A DNA stretch of 64,000 nucleotides, taken from Sphaerodactylus townsendi. Lineage: Eukaryota. The first letter of the stretch is position 1. Every line of letters starts with the position of its first letter. Position numbers and translations under genes: made by a program. Under the pieces are notes generated by a model. It was not told where the DNA came from. It did not search any database and saw nothing but the letters and a program-made list of their open reading frames with translations. Shown piece after piece: positions 59,501 through 64,000 of this stretch. The stretch is taken from positions 32,116,001 through 32,180,000 of the forward strand of contig NC_059437.1 in NCBI RefSeq assembly GCF_021028975.2. Reading direction: 5' to 3'.

Positions 59501-61282
59501 CAGCCTTGCCCGTTTTCAGCCGGCAGAAAAAGATAAGTGGGGGTGGGGGGTAGGGTGGAGTGCCATTTTGACCCAGGCGCCATTTTCTCCCCCTATGCCC
59601 CTGCTGGTTGTTGCTCTGTTTGTTCAGGAATTGGAGGGACTTAGTTGGAAAGACAGAGAACAGTCCCAGAGGTTCTGTTGGACGAAATACACTGAACCAC
59701 AGGAATTAGGCTTCTGCTTGGGTAATTAGCAAAGGAAGCTAGGAGACAAAGGTGTTGGGAATGTTCTGCAATTGCAACATGCAAGCAGGGAATTGACAGG
59801 ACACTGACTTCAACATTTGGAGCATCTTAGCTCTAAGACCAATGCCAGGGTTGTATTTGAGTATTTCTTTGGGAAGCTGCTATGGATAATACACTAGATT
59901 CTCTGTTAGTTGGTGATGGACAATCCTCTGAGGCCCATTCTAACTTGACTTTCTTGCTGCCATTGCCTGTGTGGAATGCCTTTGCATTTCAGCAAGTGTA
60001 TAAACTCTGCTGACAGTTTCTGTCTCAGTTCAGTTGTGGGGAATGTGTGGATGAGCCTTGGTGCATTCAGATTCTGGGCCAAATCTGGTAACTCTGAAAA
60101 CCAACATTTGAACCCTGGTACTATAATGAGTTCAGGTGATGGAGCATTCTGTGAGGTTTGGAGGTTTCCAGAAGGTTCTGAGAGTTTATCTGGCCCTTAC
60201 GCATCATCCACTTATCAACTATCAATGACCAATAAGGGCAGCTTTGTTTTTTAGGAGCTCTTCCTGTCACAGTGAGTGGTGGAATTGGTGGTGCTGCCTT
60301 CTGGCTGGCTGTCTATCCCATTGATTCAGTGAAGTCTCGGATTCAGGTGTTATCTATGGCTGGGCGGCAAGATGGCTTTCTACTTTCTTTCCTGCACATC
60401 CTACGGACTGAAGGCAAGTGCTGTATACAAGCCTGGTCAGCAGTTAATCTTGGACGGAGAATCTCAGAGACTTAGGTTTGAATCTTCACTCTGCCATGGA
60501 AGCTAGTGAATTCACCTAGTGAATTCACACCACTGAATCAGTCACTTTCAATATAATCCACCTAACAGGACTGTTGGAGGAAGGGAGAACAATGAGAGCC
60601 AGTGTGGTATAATAGTTAAGAGCAGCGAGCTCTAATCTGGTGAACCACTCTTCCATAGATTTGTTTCTCCACTCCACACGAAGCCTGTGGGGGGCCTTGG
60701 GCTAGTCACAGTTCTCCCACACCTACCTTACAAGGTGCCTGCAGTGGCGTTGCATCCACAGGGCTGGTGGGGGCACAACGCCCTGGATGGAGCCACTGTG
60801 GAGGTGTGGCCAGGCCATGGAGGGGGCGTTCTGGGGCGGAGGCGGGCAGCACCGCAGCAGGGGCACAAGCACCCCGGGCACAGTTTCCCTTGCTCTGCCT
60901 GTGGGTATCTGTTATGGGGAGAGGAAGGGAAGGAGTCTGTAAGCCATTTTGAGACTCCTTACAGTTGAGAAAAGCAGGGTATAAATCCAAACTCTTCTTC
61001 TTAAGCCACTCTGGGTGCTCCTGGGATATTAAAGCAGGGTATAAATATCAAAACAAATATAATGTGTGTGAAGAGAATGGGCTATACTTATGATGATCTT
61101 TTCTCCAAAGATTGCTTTGTGGCCTTACTGATTTGCCTGGTATTTATGTTGCAGGTGTGATGGCTCTTTATTCTGGCCTGATGCCTACAGTGATCCGAGC
61201 ACTGCCCTCCAATGGTGCCCTCTTCCTCGCCTATGAAATGACCCAGAAAAAACTGACCAGCCTGGCTGAAAGGACAACCTGA
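56508..61282 (+). CDS. Mitochondrial ornithine transporter 1-like (SLC25A15 paralog), 6 coding exons, 930 nt, 309 aa
   Basis: Three SLC25 signatures: [16 protein letters not shown] and PIDSVKSR. Also [35 protein letters not shown] and [15 protein letters not shown]. Exons 56508-56577, 58178-58436, 58690-58830, 59111-59283, 60255-60413 (GC donor), 61155-61282. Intron positions match SLC25A15 as recalled. Confidence 0.92.
56824..57234. mobile_element. Non-autonomous hAT-type transposon in the first coding intron of the SLC25A15-like gene
   Basis: TIRs cagtggtgggatcc / ggatcccacctctg; perfect 8-bp TSD ggtctatc. Confidence 0.88.
58178..58436 (+). CDS. SLC25A15-like coding exon 2
   Basis: [23 protein letters not shown]...GNIVEL. 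Confidence 0.92.
58690..58830 (+). CDS. SLC25A15-like coding exon 3
   Basis: [35 protein letters not shown]. Confidence 0.92.
59111..59283 (+). CDS. SLC25A15-like coding exon 4
   Basis: [41 protein letters not shown]. Confidence 0.92.
60255..60413 (+). CDS. SLC25A15-like coding exon 5
   Basis: [31 protein letters not shown]...LRTE; AAG|gcaagt donor. Confidence 0.9.
60594..61001 (+). mobile_element. Squam3-like SINE interrupted by a GC-rich insert (about 60740-60900)
   Basis: gagagccagtgtggtataatagttaag head; ggtataaatccaaactcttcttc tail. Confidence 0.7.
61155..61282 (+). CDS. SLC25A15-like last coding exon
   Basis: [42 protein letters not shown]; AATAAA at 61665-61670. Confidence 0.92.
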
Positions 61283-62288
61283 CATCAGGGGCGGGTCCTA
61301 GAACAAGAGACTCTTGTACAGGGTGGAACAGCACTTGAAATTCTCCGTTTTAATGGGACTGTTTTTAGCCAAGCCCTCTCAAGGAGTTTTTACAGGACAC
61401 ACCAGGCTTGAGAGAGAGCAGGCCTTTTTGGATTTCAGGATGTCTGTTGGTGGGGTGGAAGTAGGAGACAGCCAGAGTCATCCTCCCTTGGCATATGTCC
61501 TAAAGACCTGCAGCAACAAAGACCTTTCCCCCCTAGGAACGGCAGGGTGTATTGTGGGAGATGAGTGATGGGAAATGACCAAAGATAGCCTTCTCCCATT
61601 GCCTCCCTTACCTCCATGTCATGTGGCTAATGTTCTTGAAAGAATCTGTCTTCTTTTTTAGTACAATAAAAGTGTATGTCTCAGCTGCTTCTGGTCCATG
61701 TGCAATCTTTTTATGCCACTGGTGGAATTAGATCCTGTGACATGGAAATTAGCTCAGTGTTCTCACTTTCTTTTCTCACAGTGTTTTTATACTGGCTGAT
61801 GTACAGTTTTGTGTGGGTTCCTGGGAAACCTAGAAATACATTTGGTTTCTGTAATCCTGGTATCTTCTGCAAATCCTTAGAAGGCTGATTCCTTGTGGTT
61901 AATAGACAAATTAAAACATTTCTGCTAATGTCTGGCTTCCCCAGTATCCCTCTCCAAGCACCTGTTGTTTACTTTTAGCACCAGTCCTTCTTGGTAATGA
62001 TTAGGTAGGGATAGGTGGAGCTTTGTAAGTATGACTTCCCCCCTCTCAAAGTTACATGTGTTACTTTTGCTGATTGCTTGATCTTGTGTCATAGATGCCC
62101 CACTCCCACAGTTGAAATGGCAGAAAGACCACTCAAAAGGGTCTCTCTGGGTGGGTGCTAATCTGGCAGTCTGATTTTGAAACATTTTCACACATACCAT
62201 TTAAAATATTCTAAAGTCTCTCTCAAATGCTGCAGAGGTACCTACATGGACATGAACGCAGTCACCAAACTATAGCAGGTGGTACAAC

Positions 62289-62690
62289 CAGAGGCGTAGC
62301 TAGGGAAAATGGAGCCCAAGATAAAATCTGAGTTTTGTGCCCCCCACCCCATATGGGTGGCCACCCTCCCCCACCACGACCAAACAACATTTTTTTGCAT
62401 CAGGTCATCTCAAAGTCATCATCACGTTATAGAACATGCCCCAACGTACAAATCTAAACACACCCATGCTCCCTAGTTTAAACAACATTGAAAGTGATGC
62501 TATTTTTGAAGGGGGGGATCCACCCTGAAAGAGCATCACTATTATGTTGTTTAAACTAGAGAGCCCAGATTCTCCTTTTAAATCCACCTTAAAGGGAGAC
62601 TCTGGGTTCCCTTGTTTAAACAACATTGAAAGTGATGCTATTTCAGGGTAGATACCCCACCCACACCTCAAACAGCAACATTTTCAATGT
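62289..62690. mobile_element. Truncated DNA-transposon-like repeat with internal direct and inverted repeats
   Basis: Starts cagaggcgtagctag; gtttaaacaacattgaaagtgatgctattt occurs twice, with an inverted copy between. Confidence 0.5.
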
Positions 62691-62890
62691 TGGTTGTTGT
62701 GAGTTTTCTGGGCTGCATAGCCGTGGTCTGGCAGATGTTGTTCCTAATGTTTCATCTGCATCTGTGGTTGGCATCTTCAGAGGTGTATCACAGAGAGAAT
62801 TCTGTTATACACTGTGTCCAGACTTCTCTTATAACAGACTTCTCTCTGTGATACACCTCTGAAGATGCCAACCACAGATGCAGGTGAAAT
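62690..62890. mobile_element. Inverted pair of Penelope-like termini forming a long hairpin
   Basis: ctgcatctgtggttggcatcttcagaggtgtatcacagagaga is mirrored by tctctctgtgatacacctctgaagatgccaaccacagatgcag. Confidence 0.65.
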
Positions 62891-62891
62891 G

Positions 62892-63158
62892 TGGTCAGTT
62901 TAAGCTTTCGGGTTTTTGTTACAATTTTGGGAACAATTTCTGACTGAATAAATTAAATAAAATTAATAAATTAGGGTTAGGGTTAAGGTTAAGGTTAAGG
63001 CAAGGGCAGGGGCTCAGGCTTGCCTTAGTGTTACATTGAGTTCTAGGGCGCAGTCCGAGAATAGGGCAATGGTCAGTTTTAGGTTTTGGGTTTTTGTTAC
63101 AATTTTGGTAACCATTTAAGATTGAATAAATTAGATGAAAATAATAAGTTAGGGTTAA
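62892..63158. repeat. Diverged 178-nt-period duplication with TTAGGG/TTAAGG hexamers
   Basis: tggtcagttt...gggtttttgttacaattttgg...tgaataaatta...ttagggtta at 62892 and 63070; five hexamers at 62971-63000. Confidence 0.75.
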
Positions 63159-63713
63159 CAACGTAATTTCTAGCCAAGCTAGCTCTCTATCAATCTGAAG
63201 GGAAGCTACAGGAATGCCCAAGGTGACTCTAGAAAGTGATGAGAACACTAGAACACTAGAAAGTGATGAGAGATAATTTTTTGCCGATATATAAACAGTA
63301 TCATCTTTCTGTGCACATCTGCAGGGGATAAAGGAGATACGGCTTTAACCAGTGTTGGCGCATTTGTGATGTAAGGATGTAGGCAAGGGAAAAAACAGTC
63401 CCTGAGTCATGCATGGAGAAAAGAAGAAAAAAACAAAACACAACCCAGACCTGCTCTCAGTGTGCTTTCCACCCCATGTGACATTCTTTCCCCTTGGGGG
63501 CAGCTAGATGATTCTTGGAGGCTGAGTGGTTGCATGCCCATTTTTGGGCTAGGCTCCAGTTTCAAGCCCACCCCTTTGCTGCTGCTAAAGATAGCCAAAC
63601 TTAATTACTTGCAGTGCAGCAGAGAACCTTTGACTGACAAGGATGCCTGCCTGAAGCAGGGCTTGTCCCAACTTGGGGACAGGAGGTGGCTTTGTGAGCA
63701 TCACGTTCAGGAG

Positions 63714-63777
63714 ATGGCTTTGCTGTGTTACAACAGGGGCTGTGGGCAGAGATTTAACCCAGAGGAGAACACCCATG
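63714..63777 (+). CDS. ITGB1BP2: Melusin (CHORD-domain protein), first coding exon; the gene continues beyond the window
   Basis: MALLCYNRGCGQRFNPEENTH then G|gtaagc, which is the start of CHORD1. The peptide alone also fits the paralog CHORDC1; ITGB1BP2 is chosen because it follows NONO in this syntenic block. Confidence 0.82.
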
Positions 63778-64000
63778 GTAAGCAGGGACTAGGGCTGGGG
63801 AAGAGCTAGTTGGTTGCCCAGGTCTCCGAAATCCCACAATGCCTTGCTTTGAATTTGCCGGGAGTTACAATTTGCTGCTCAAGAGTGCATGTCTAGTTTA
63901 CTGTTACTAACATTTCAAATACAACCATTATGTGTAGTCCATTTTTTGTCTCCTGAAAGCGCTCTTGTCCCTTAGCAGTTGTGTGACTGGCAGATCCAGC

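Noticed and set aside
60594-60680. tRNA gene
   Set aside because: The A-box-like head belongs to a SINE and no cloverleaf can be built.
62971-63000. Interstitial telomere marking a chromosome fusion
   Set aside because: Only two exact TTAGGG units, inside a local duplication, with conserved gene order on both sides.
63714-63777. CHORDC1 assignment
   Set aside because: The 21-aa peptide cannot separate the paralogs; position after NONO favours ITGB1BP2. Downstream exons are needed to confirm.

Overview
Vertebrate genomic DNA from a squamate reptile. The SINE and hAT-MITE content looks gecko-like, but the species cannot be determined from the sequence. The window matches the block syntenic with human Xq13.1. 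Gene order: single-coding-exon alpha connexin (gja2/Cx39.9, GJA3-like; +, 3652-4578); ZMYM3 (-, 24 coding exons, 26125-6309, about 1445 aa, CpG-island promoter about 29.2-30.7 kb); a repeat-rich intergenic stretch with a 194-N gap; NONO (+, 10 coding exons, 43960-51709, 468 aa); an intact SLC25A15-like mitochondrial ornithine carrier (+, 6 coding exons, 56508-61282, 309 aa, one GC-AG intron); and the first coding exon of ITGB1BP2/melusin (+, 63714-63777). All exon boundaries were read by hand and give continuous frames. The connexin and the carrier are not in the human GJB1-ZMYM3-NONO-ITGB1BP2 interval and look like retained paralogs. The most interesting unexplained structure is intronic: stop-carrying cassette exons in ZMYM3 (65 nt and 6 nt), and an element in a NONO intron that combines a poison acceptor, long frames on both strands and a 37/40-nt copy of a downstream NONO exon. 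ZMYM3 also has a 21-nt coding tandem repeat that builds four consecutive SUMO consensus sites. These are sequence-based hypotheses; no database or expression check was possible.
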